This document shows, piece by piece, positions 34,796-45,400 of a DNA stretch of 64,000 nt. The stretch is from positions 122,683 through 186,682 of the forward strand of contig CAVCJG010000001.1 in NCBI GenBank assembly GCA_963602685.1. Reading direction: 5' to 3'. This DNA is from Eggerthellaceae bacterium. GTDB taxonomy: Bacteria > Bacillota > Clostridia > Christensenellales > UBA1242. A program made the position numbers and the translations under genes. Below the pieces are notes generated by a model that saw nothing but the letters and a program-made list of their open reading frames with translations, made no database searches and had not been told where the DNA came from. Each line of letters starts with the position of its first letter. Within the stretch, counting starts at the first letter, position 1.

Positions 34796-36784
34796 ATGAA
34801 AAAATATCTAAAAAATATTCTCATTTGGTCTATTATCTGCGCCGTTATCGGTTATGGCGTAGGTGTTGGCGTTGCATATTTACAAAATGACAAAATTTGG
34901 GATATAGCATTGCTCACAGACAAAATGGTTTGGATTTTGCTTGCAACGGGCGTTTTAATCGGCTTTGTTTGCGGAATCTATTTCAAGCCAAAAGGGGCAA
35001 ACAAAACTAAGTCAGTCGGCAAAACTGCCAGCGGAACAGAATATTCGTTGCACTTCGACTCAGGCTTTATGACAAGAGAGCAAATTTTAAACGACAAATT
35101 TTTGATCAACCAAACATGGTCTTCGTTGCCAACTCTTAAGAAAACAGGTTCGTTTATTAAAACCGAACAAAATGGCTCAAAATTAGAAATCACGATGAAA
35201 GATGAAATGCACGCGTTGATTATTGGTACAACCGGAACAGGTAAAACCTCGATGATTATTGACCCTGCAATTCGTATCTATGCACACACAGCAGAAAAGC
35301 CATCGCTTGTGATAGCCGACCCAAAGGGCGAACTTTACGCACACCACGCAAGAGCGCTTATGGAAGAAGGCTATGAAGTTAAAATGTATGACCTTGACAA
35401 CCCATATTCATCTGCACGCTGGAACCCAATGGACAGACCATATGAAATGTTCCAAAAGGCAATGAACCTTGGAAAAACTGCTAAAAAATATTCTGGCTGC
35501 ACTCCTGCTCAGGCTGGCAAATCTACACTTGAAGGTGTTGAATACGGCCCAGTTTGGTATGAACTTGACGGAGTCGCTTTCCCAGACGAAGAAAGTTTAA
35601 ACAAAGAAATCGAAGCAAAAAAGCAAAAAATGATTGGTGACGCAAAGTTTGAACTTCGCGGAATCGCCGCATCAGTTTGCCCAATCTCACAAGGCACAAA
35701 CGATACAATGTGGGAAAGTGGGGCACAGGACTATCTTTACGGAATTATGCTTGCCATGCTTGAAGACACAGTCGACAAAAGACTTGGCGAAAACCAACTC
35801 CGTCAGGATCAATTCAACTTTTACAACCTTTACAAAATTTCACAAAAGAAAGATGCCGACCCAGACAATCCATTCAACTCAGTTCGAAGATATTGCACTG
35901 GCAGAAGCAAAACATCTGAAGTTATGTCAATCACATCTGGCGTAATCAACTCAGCCGCTTCAACCACAAAGTCATACTTGAGCGTGCTTTCAACAAAAAT
36001 CACGGCGCTTATGCAAGATATGGGAATTTGCTATGCAACCAGCGGAACAGACATCGATTTCAACCGCTTCGTTGAAAAACCAACCGCATTCTTCATTAAA
36101 ATTCCTGATCACAAAAAAGAACGTCACTCACTTGCAACAATCTGCATTTCGCAACTTTACCGTTGCCTTGTCGACTGTGCAAACAAATATCCAGGCTTAA
36201 AACTTCCACGCCACGTTTACTTTATGCTTGATGAGTTCGGTAACTTGCCAGTAATTCAAGACTTCGGAACAATGGTTACCGTTTCACGTTCAAGAAATAT
36301 ATTCTTCCAAATCGTTGTTCAATCATTTACTCAGCTTGACACAAAATACGGCAAAGAAGTCGCCGAAACCCTTAAAGGAAACTTCAACATTCAAATCTTC
36401 TTGGGAACAGAAGACACGCCAACGCGTGAAGCTTTCTCAAAGAGCTGCGGTGAAGTTCAACTTATCACAAAAGAAGAATCTGAAACCAAAAACAAAGGCA
36501 AGGGCGAAGAGTCAACTTCAAAATCAACCAGCACACAACGTTCGGTTAAACCTTTGGTTGACCCATACGAACTCAGCACTTTGCCATTCGGAACAGCAAT
36601 CATCAAAGTGTTCAGATACAATCCAATTCGTTGTATGTTGCCACAATTCCACAACATCCCACAAATGGAAAAGTATCCACCACTTGTTGCATCTCAAACA
36701 AGCAGAGCGCTTGATGAAGAACACGTATTCTACGACATCGACAAGCGTAACCAAATTGTGCTTGGCAGACCAAGTTTCTTCTAA
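34796..36784 (+). CDS. type IV secretion coupling protein (VirD4/TraG/TraD family ATPase)
   Basis: Two N-terminal TM helices, Walker A IIGTTGTGKTS, the VIADPKGELY motif and Walker B YFMLDEFGNLP. RBS GGGGGGA. Confidence 0.8.
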   Translation: MKKYLKNILIWSIICAVIGYGVGVGVAYLQNDKIWDIALLTDKMVWILLATGVLIGFVCGIYFKPKGANKTKSVGKTASGTEYSLHFDSGFMTREQILNDKFLINQTWSSLPTLKKTGSFIKTEQNGSKLEITMKDEMHALIIGTTGTGKTSMIIDPAIRIYAHTAEKPSLVIADPKGELYAHHARALMEEGYEVKMYDLDNPYSSARWNPMDRPYEMFQKAMNLGKTAKKYSGCTPAQAGKSTLEGVEYGPVWYELDGVAFPDEESLNKEIEAKKQKMIGDAKFELRGIAASVCPISQGTNDTMWESGAQDYLYGIMLAMLEDTVDKRLGENQLRQDQFNFYNLYKISQKKDADPDNPFNSVRRYCTGRSKTSEVMSITSGVINSAASTTKSYLSVLSTKITALMQDMGICYATSGTDIDFNRFVEKPTAFFIKIPDHKKERHSLATICISQLYRCLVDCANKYPGLKLPRHVYFMLDEFGNLPVIQDFGTMVTVSRSRNIFFQIVVQSFTQLDTKYGKEVAETLKGNFNIQIFLGTEDTPTREAFSKSCGEVQLITKEESETKNKGKGEESTSKSTSTQRSVKPLVDPYELSTLPFGTAIIKVFRYNPIRCMLPQFHNIPQMEKYPPLVASQTSRALDEEHVFYDIDKRNQIVLGRPSFF

Positions 36785-36795
36785 TCATTTAAATA

Positions 36796-36826
36796 AAAAA
36801 CGGCCAAAAACTGGTCGTTTTTTTTG
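36796..36826 (+). terminator. rho-independent terminator after the coupling protein gene
   Basis: Stem acggcc/ggtcgt (one G-U pair) followed by T8. Confidence 0.6.
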
Positions 36827-36879
36827 TTGCCAAGCACCATTATCACCGCAATTTCATACAAAAAGCGGAGAGGTGTAAA

Positions 36880-37356
36880 GTGGAATATAATGATTTTGCT
36901 TGTCCAACGCCAGACGAATATGAAAATCTAGCAAAGGCGTATATGCAGTCTTTGCGAGATAAGGGATTTGTGTTTATAAGCCTTGAAAACGAAGCGCAAA
37001 AAATGCTTGTTGACGAAGTTTTTGACCTTTTGTTTAAACTGCGGGCGAGTTATCGAGCGCTCGGCACGTTTATGGGCAGCGACAAGTTTTATCAATTAAA
37101 TGAAGAGCAAATTGAAACCTTGCGCGATATGTTTTCATACACGCATAACCGCGGGTTTAGAATAGTTTGGAACAAAACCAAATGCTTTTTAAATTGCATC
37201 AGTCTTGAAAATAAACTGCTTATCAAAATGTTTCTTCTCGCGCAAAAATCGCAAGAATATGAAAGCCTTGTCGGGCTTTGTTTTCAGCGGCTAAGAATGT
37301 CGGCGGATTTATACGAAGTGTCTTCGTCATGGCAGTTTGACGATCAACAAAAATAA
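36880..37356 (+). CDS. hypothetical protein (158 aa)
   Basis: GTG start with RBS GGAGAGGTG. No recognisable motifs. Confidence 0.4.
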   Translation: MEYNDFACPTPDEYENLAKAYMQSLRDKGFVFISLENEAQKMLVDEVFDLLFKLRASYRALGTFMGSDKFYQLNEEQIETLRDMFSYTHNRGFRIVWNKTKCFLNCISLENKLLIKMFLLAQKSQEYESLVGLCFQRLRMSADLYEVSSSWQFDDQQK

Positions 37357-37487
37357 AAAAACGCGGCAGGGGAAAATAAAATAACGCAAAAGTGATAAAA
37401 AATAAAAGATTGGATTTTTCTCCAATCTTTTTTGCTATTTTTTATTGTTAAATAATTAAATATAATGATTATTAAACTATTAAACCT

Positions 37488-38057
37488 TTAAACCATTAAG
37501 AAATTCAGCACTTTTGGCAGGGCACGATCAAGCGCGCGGCGATAATCTCTAAGTTTGTCAGGCGCATATTTGCTTTCTTTGTTTTGAGCGTCTACAAGTT
37601 TTTTTGTTGTGATTTGCAAATCGTCAACCAAACCTTCGCAAAGCAAGTTTCCTAAAACAAAAACATAGTTTTCTTCGTCGATGTCGTTTCTAGCCAAAAT
37701 GTCAGGCAGGTTAGGGTTGTCGGCAATGGTGTCAAAAGCATAGTTCAAGAAGAATTGCAATTTTTCAATAGCAAATTCGTTGCCGTTTGCCGCAGCAAGA
37801 ATAGCCCATTGCATATAAAGGTCATAGTTTTCTGGCACAGCCCCAGGCACGCCGTTTTTGTAATAATAACTCATAACGTCCTGCGCGATGCAGTTGCCTT
37901 CCATGGCAAGCGAACCAACTTCAGTAAACATATCAATGAAAGATTTTTTATATTTTTCAGGATTTTCTAAGCAGTCGTTAAGCACGCTTCTGAGTTTGGT
38001 AAATCCATCATAGGCATCTTTTTTCTTAACAAAATATTGTTGTTCCACCTTTGGCAC
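37488..38057 (-). CDS. hypothetical helical protein with a Sel1-like repeat
   Basis: GNCIAQDVMSYYYKNGVPGAVPENYDLYMQWAILAAANGNEFAIEKL resembles one Sel1/TPR-like repeat; the rest is unassigned. Confidence 0.45.
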   Translation of the reverse strand: MPKVEQQYFVKKKDAYDGFTKLRSVLNDCLENPEKYKKSFIDMFTEVGSLAMEGNCIAQDVMSYYYKNGVPGAVPENYDLYMQWAILAAANGNEFAIEKLQFFLNYAFDTIADNPNLPDILARNDIDEENYVFVLGNLLCEGLVDDLQITTKKLVDAQNKESKYAPDKLRDYRRALDRALPKVLNFLMV

Positions 38058-38079
38058 TCCTTTTTATAAAAAGAGTATA

Positions 38080-38820
38080 TCACATTTGTTTTGAATTTGA
38101 AACTTTTTTTGGGGTAGTTTTTGTCGGTTTAGGTTTTTCTTCGCTTTTCTCAGGCGCATTTTTAGAAGTTTCATACATCTGCACTAAAAATGATTCAAAC
38201 AGCGGCAAAGCCAGTGTCGCAAGCACAATCACAGCAGGCAGAGCAATCAGCATAACGCTCAGCCAGGTTGGGACTTTCATGAAAAGCGTGAAAATAAAGT
38301 AAATTCCAACGCCAATCGACGCACCCGAACAAACAAGCGCAATCATGCCAAGCACTGTGATCAATATTGTGAAACGATAGCCATAAGTCAGTTTTTTCGA
38401 TTTTTCAAAAATCTCTTTTGTGGTCAGTTCTGGGTTGTCAAAATATACAAGAGCAGCAAACGAGTTGTTTAGCCCATAAATGACACCGGGAACAATCAAA
38501 AGCAGCCCCCAAACAATCATTCCGCACAAAGCAATGATTTTGATGATTAAAATTTTTAGAATGCTTTTAAAAGGCAAAAACAAACTTTCGAAGTCCGGCT
38601 TTTGACCCCTAAATGAGCGTAACACAAAGCCATAAACGCCCACTTGCATATAAGCCATCGCGATAAAAGCGAGAGCGAAACTCAAAAGGGGAGCAAACAG
38701 CCCCAATGCGACAACCACAATCGCAAGCATATTTGCAAGAATAAAATTAAACCAATTAGCCTTTGCAGTAGGCATAAGGTTGGATGTGTTAAATGTTGTG
38801 ATTTTATCTTCTATTTTCAT
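38080..38820 (-). CDS. DUF975-like integral membrane protein
   Basis: The pattern WGLLLIVPGVIYGLNNSFAALVYFDNPELTTKEIFEKSKKLTYGYRF matches the DUF975 core. The C-terminal tail is Lys/Pro-rich. Confidence 0.6.
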   Translation of the reverse strand: MKIEDKITTFNTSNLMPTAKANWFNFILANMLAIVVVALGLFAPLLSFALAFIAMAYMQVGVYGFVLRSFRGQKPDFESLFLPFKSILKILIIKIIALCGMIVWGLLLIVPGVIYGLNNSFAALVYFDNPELTTKEIFEKSKKLTYGYRFTILITVLGMIALVCSGASIGVGIYFIFTLFMKVPTWLSVMLIALPAVIVLATLALPLFESFLVQMYETSKNAPEKSEEKPKPTKTTPKKVSNSKQM

Positions 38821-38998
38821 AATTTTTCTCCTTAAAATTAAAGTGTGAAAAAATTATGTATTTATTCTAAAAAATTAACACAAATCTCTCGCGTGCCTCC
38901 ATGCGCATATTTGAAATAATAAAATTGAAATACCACCGCAACGCACTCATATAAAAAACCAACCTTTATGCACACGCATATATAAAATCAACCGCAAA

Positions 38999-39124
38999 GC
39001 ACACGCAGTGTGCTATCATGCACGCGCTAGCGTGCCATCATACTGGCGAAGCCAGCCATCATGCGCAACTAGTTGCGCCATCATGTCACTGCAAGTGACC
39101 CTGTCAGTCGGACTGCCGACTGAC
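38999..39124. repeat. array B of 6 tandem short GC-rich hairpins with CATCAT linkers
   Basis: The units start at 38999, 39020, 39042, 39063, 39085 and 39103. The stems are 5-9 bp. The linkers are TATCAT, then CATCAT three times, then CCT. The last unit has a 9-bp stem followed by TTTT. Confidence 0.85.
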
Positions 39125-39204
39125 TTTTCCACATTGTCCAAATAAAAAAACAAAAAATTATTTCACGCATCGCCAAAATTGTGACGGATTGTATGCAAAA
39201 TTGC

Positions 39205-39233
39205 TTGACGTTTTTTTTTTTTACAGGTAAAAT
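39205..39233 (+). promoter_or_regulatory. promoter of giant surface protein gene B with a T12 tract in the spacer
   Basis: TTGACG (39205-39210), a 17-nt spacer made of T12 (39211-39222) plus acagg, then TAAAAT (39228-39233). Confidence 0.6.
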
Positions 39234-39404
39234 TATTATAGATATTGTCCACAGAAACAAAAAATTCAAGAAAAAAACATCGAATTTATCAATAATTATT
39301 TTTTTGTCGAAAAACGTTAGGTAGTTTTAATAAAATCGGTTAAAATAAATTATGGAATAAATATATAATTAAATATTATTGTTAATATTTTCAAGGAGGA
39401 AGGT

Positions 39405-42400
39405 TTGATTAAACGTAAGCTCAGTTACAGCAAATTAATGTATCTGTTGGTAGCGCTTAGCCTTTCTTTTTTTATTTTCGGAATCGTCTTTCTTTCTTGC
39501 TTTAATGTAAATGACAACTCGCAAGACTCGTCCGAAGCGGCAATCACGTATTGGACAGATTATGCTGCTGATTCTTTTGCAGGCGGAAACGGAACAGAGT
39601 CTAGCCCTTATCTCATTGAAACGGCAGCGCAGCTTGCACGCTTAGCGAAATTAATAAACAATAAAGACACAACTGCAGCTTGGAATTCAAAATATTATAA
39701 ACAAACTGCGAATATTGATTTAAGTACTGGCGGACATATATGGTATCCGATAGGGAATAGTTCATTTGATGAAGAAGCCGAAAATAATCACACTGTCTTA
39801 AAAAATGCTACGGTTCCTTTTAAGGGTACATATGATGGTGATGGGCATATTGTTAAAGGAATTAAAAATTCTTTACTAAGTTCAACAGGCGGCTTGTTTG
39901 GATCGGGAAGAGGCTGTACAATCAAAAACGTTGGAGTGTTAAACCCAGAAAGAATATATGGCATTTATGGTGCGGGGAGCATTTTAGGGGCTGCACTTTC
40001 GTTTAACGATAGCGGCACGACACTTAATGATGCTTGTAATGTCCTAAATTGTTTCAGTGCTGGTGGGACATATATTGGCGGAGCAAAGTACGGCGCAGGC
40101 GGAATTATAGGCTATGCGTATATTGGTGGTATAGAAAATTGTTATAATGCTAGTTCGGGTTTAGTTTCTTCATCAGCTACTGGTGGATTAATCGGATATG
40201 GAGTTTTTGGGGTGGCTTCATATTCTTATAATATTGGTGGTATGTCAACGAGCTCAAATTATCCTCAAGGCGGGATATTTGGTGCTAATGGTTTATCATC
40301 GGCAACCAGCGTTTTTAGTGTTGGAAAAAGAAACACTTCAAAGTATGCTGGTGTAAGTGGGAATTGTTTAGAGTCAGGAGTAACACCTTCATGTTCTAAA
40401 GTTTTCCATACAGCCATCGTCGATTATAATCAATGGAATATGTCTGCAGATCCGCCTGCTATTACTTCAGGTGGCACTCTGTCTGGAGTTTCGCGTCCAT
40501 CAAACTTGGAAACACAGGCAAAAGACTGGAGTTGGTTTAGCACAAATATAGATGCAGGGAATAATAACTATAAATTAAACAGCACAATTATTGAAAATGA
40601 CGGATATCCTGTTCTTTCTGTATTTTGCAAAAATGTAACAGCAAATGCAAATGGCGGCTCAGTGGTAAGTGGCAATGGTTGGCCAGCAGGTTCTACATCG
40701 ACGAAGACAATGGTCAATGGCTATCTTAATATGCCAACAGCAACAAGAACCGGATACACTTTTGATGGTTGGTATACGGCAGCAAGTGGTGGAACTAAAG
40801 TTGAACCTACTTGGGCAGACATGAAAGAAAGCATACCTTCAACAATTTACGCCCATTGGTCAAGAAATAGCTATTCAATAAGCACTGACCTTCGTGGTGG
40901 AACTACATACAAAAATATTATAACACCTTCAACAATTTGCGACAGCTGGACGGCTTCGACAAGTTATTCCAACTATATGACACTTCAATATGACGCTCCA
41001 AGTGGCGTTTATACAATGACAAACACAGCAGCAGGCAATGACCCATATGCAACAGGAAATCAAACCGTTTATTTGTCAACTGGCAAAACTTATGTTATGC
41101 ACGCGATTTGCACTGATAATTCAGGAGTTTCTGTAACTGGCAATCCTTTGCAAGTCTTTTATGGAATAAGTCTGGGCTACAGCGAAGCAAACAGCAAGCG
41201 GTTTGGTGAAACGACGACGCAAGAATTTACGGTTTCCACGTCTGGAACTTACAATTTCCGGTTTGACAACGACTTTTCTTATGCAAGCGGTGGAGTGATG
41301 AAAGTGCGAGAGTTCTGGGTTGCAGAAAAATCGCAATCAACGGCGACTCAATCTTATTCCGTTCCATATCAAGGATATTATCCTGCGGCGAATCCGACTA
41401 AAGAAGGTTACACATTTGCAGGCTGGAAAGAACTTTTAAACACAACAACGAATGTTACATTAAGTACAAGCACTTCAAATTACAATTATTTGCCAATGTT
41501 GACGGGTGTTGTTCCGGGTACGAAATATGAAATAACAATCGGAACGGCAAAACTAACATCTGGCTCTGCAAGCCAATTTACAACATTAATTTATGACTTT
41601 ACGACAAGCAAAACTTTAGCAAGTGCGACAAATAATTTTGGATCAAATGTTTCTTATACACTTACTTGTCCAAGTTCGGCAACCGCGTCAAACGATATTC
41701 GAATAATTATTTATGCAGGCATTAGTGGCGCGACGGCAAATAATGCGGCATCATATTCAAACATTCAAATCTTCTCTAGTAATGTTTTAGGTTCATATTC
41801 TGCTTTACATAACACAAGCACAGCAAGCAAAACTTATTATGCGCAATGGCTTCCTGTTGCGAGCAAAGTTACATTTAACCCAAATGGGGGGACAATAACT
41901 TCTGGCAATGCAACAGATTATGTGACATATGGCGCGACATATGCGGGCAAGACAAACATCTATCGCCCTATATTTGGTTCGCTTGCGCTTACAAATTCAG
42001 GAAATATATTCAGTGTCAATGTCGACAATTCGTCTGGAACAAGTGTCAAGTATGCAAATTTCATGTCTTCGTATGACGGCGCAACGGTGCAACCAAACAC
42101 AACTTACACGGTTGTAATTAAGGTGACCGCTTATAGTGGGAATCAATTAAAGATTAATTTTACTTCACCTTATGATATCGGCTCAAGTGGGTTAGGCGAT
42201 ACGGCAACGTCAACTTGTTGGTTTGATATTTCGAACACGGGCGTTTACTACAAGACATTTACAACAAAAGCAAACCTTAATGGTTCATATTTTAATTTTA
42301 GATCCTACATTCCTGTTGATGCTGGCAAAAAGGCGATTGCAACCTTCCAAGTTGCGGTTTTCGCCGGCTCGTTCAACTCAAATCCTACAAATTCAACCTT

Positions 42401-45400
42401 TGAGTATCATGAAGCAGCAAGCGGGAATGCTCTTCCTGTCGCTACAAGAACGGGTTATACATTTGACGGCTGGTTTACAGCTGAAACAGGCGGAACAAAA
42501 GTTTCAGCCGACACGATAGTTACAAACGCAAGTGATCATGTGTTGTATGCTCATTGGACGGTGAACAACTATGATTTGATTCTGTCACCTAATGACGGAT
42601 ATTATGAATCAAGCAGCTCAGACAGAACTTATACTGCTGCTTATGGCACGACTTCATACTTTGGAATGCCACTTCGAACGGGTTATACGTTTGAAGGCTA
42701 CACGCATACTGGTTCGGGCACGCTTTCCGAACGAAAAGCATCATCGGGCTTTACTTCTGCCACATTAAAGAGCGATTCAAACGGCGCCTATTACAATTAT
42801 ACTTTCTCAGGAACGCGACCAAGCAGTGACAGCTGGCCAAGCATCCAATATCCAACCTATTCGTTTACAGCAGGGAAGACGTATGTATTAAACTTTAAAA
42901 TTAGAGTAAATTCAACAACTGATAGTTTCGCGGTTCGTCACTCGTCAATCGCAAACGACTGGGTATGCCCAATGCGCGGCTTTAGTGGCGCGACAAATGG
43001 TTGGGTTGATGTAACTCTGGAGCAAACTATCGGCGAAAACTACACGCGTTCAGGCTCGTCTTATACATCATCTCCACGACTTGAAATCTACATGAATTCA
43101 ACCAAGGCAACAGGGTCAAACGGCGACTCATACAAGGTTGATTTTGATATTAAAAACATTGTTATATATGAAAAAGGAACAGGGAAAACCGCATTTACGT
43201 CTATTGTTTACACTTATGGTGCTGGAGCAGGAACGCTGACAGCGAAATGGCAAGTTAAAAATTATAGCGTGAGCATCGATCCAAATGGTGGAACATATGG
43301 CGGAAGCACGACTGCAACAAGCGTAAGCGGAAACTATGGAACTACAACAACAATTTCAGATCCAACAAGAACTGGCTATACCTTTGCTGGTTGGATTGCA
43401 ACAAAAACCGATCTCAGTACGACATGGGCGCAAATTCTCTATCATGATGCCGTTTATGGCTCAAGTCTGTTTACGTCAGGCGATAACTTGGCGTCAAATG
43501 TTGTCAATACAACGACTAAAAACAGTCAATTTGCAACACTTGCAAAACTTAATTTGACAAGTTATGAGTTCTTACTTCAATATCATCACACATTGCAAGC
43601 GGGAAGTTCAATGTATGCGCGAGAATACAACCGCTGGAAGCAAACATCAAATCCAGCAACGACAACAGAAGCAGTAAGTGGATATGAAGTGGTTTCGATT
43701 TCGTGGAATACAAATACGAATTCGACCGCATTCCAAGGGATTGCGAGATCAAACAGTGGGGCCACCTTTATTGACGGAACAATCGGGCACTCAGACTGGT
43801 TCTATGCTCTCGGATCATATAATGAATGGAACGGGGGAATTCCAGGACCAAGCAGCGCCGAAACAAACATTGTAACTTTGTATCTTGCAACAGACAGCTC
43901 GCTTTCAAACTTTAAACCAACGGCAACATTCAAAGATGCTGACGCTTTAGGCTCAAACAATACATATTACTTTAAAGACGAATCAGTAACTCTTAAAGCA
44001 CTTTGGATTGCCAACATTTACAAACTTACAGCAAACGCCAATGGCGGATCAATTCCGGAAACCACAGGCTGGAGCGGAACAGGCGCAACAGCAACAAAGT
44101 CAGTCGTTTATGACACTGCATACGGCACACTTCCAGTGCCAACAAGAACAGGCTATGGCTTTGCTGGTTGGTATAGATCGGCATCAGGCGGAATGGGAGT
44201 CAGCGCAACCACAAAAATGGGAGCGGCAAACGTAACAATTTACGCTAATTGGGAATTAAATTCATACACTCTTACGGCTGACTGCAATGGCGGAACAGCG
44301 CCAAGCACGCTTCCAACAGGTTGGACGGCAAATGGAACTGCACCATATATAACACTTAATTATGATGCTGATTATGGAATTCTTCCAGTGCCAACAAGAC
44401 AAGGATATATATTTGCTGGCTGGTGGACGGCAGCTAGCGCAGGCAGTGAAGTAAACTACAAGACAAAAATTGGAGCGGGCGATACAAAAATCTACGCGCA
44501 TTGGGTTGAAAGCTGGGTTAAATATATGTCAGACGACAACCCAGTATTGGATCAAGCGGACGGCTATTACAAAATCGACTCAGCTGCAAAACTTGCACGT
44601 CTTGCATATCTTGTAAATAGTAACGCGGACAACGGCAAATGGGCAAGTTATAAATACAAGCAAACCGCCGACATCGACCTTTCAGCACACTACTGGCAGC
44701 CAATCGGTAACGCAACATATCAATTTAAAGGGATTTTCGACGGCACAACGTTCGACTTCCACAACATGAAAACATATTGCGGAGTAAACGGATATGCTTC
44801 ATATGATTATTATGGGCTATTTGGTTATACAAAATCAGCTGAAATTCGAAATGTAAACAACTATGATATTGACATGAAATGCAGAGAATACTCGGGCGGT
44901 ATAGTGGGTAAATCCAGAGCAGGCACTATTGAAAATTGTAAAGTGACTGGGAAAATATCGGGCATATCTAATTTTACAGCGGGCATTACTGGCGAAAGTT
45001 CTTCAACAATTAAAGATTGCGTGAACTATGCTTCGGTCACTTCAGACTACTATGCTGTTGCAGGAATCGTCGGTGATGGTAGTGGGACAATTGAAAATTG
45101 CATCAATTATGGAAATATTACAGCATACGAATTTGCGGGCGGAATTGTTGGAAGAGCGTTTGGAGGAAATATTGAAAATTGTGTAAATGAAGGCAATATT
45201 ACTTGTACTTATCATATGGTTGGTGGTATCGCAGGCGAAATTTCATATGGGAACATTGTTTCGTGTAGCAATTTAGGCATTGTAACAGGTTTAGTTTACG
45301 TTGGCGGAATAGTAGGACAAAGTTCTTCTTCAGATGATATAACAATTTCTCAATGTTTAAACACCGGGGATATTGTTATTACGGATACAGACAGGACTAC

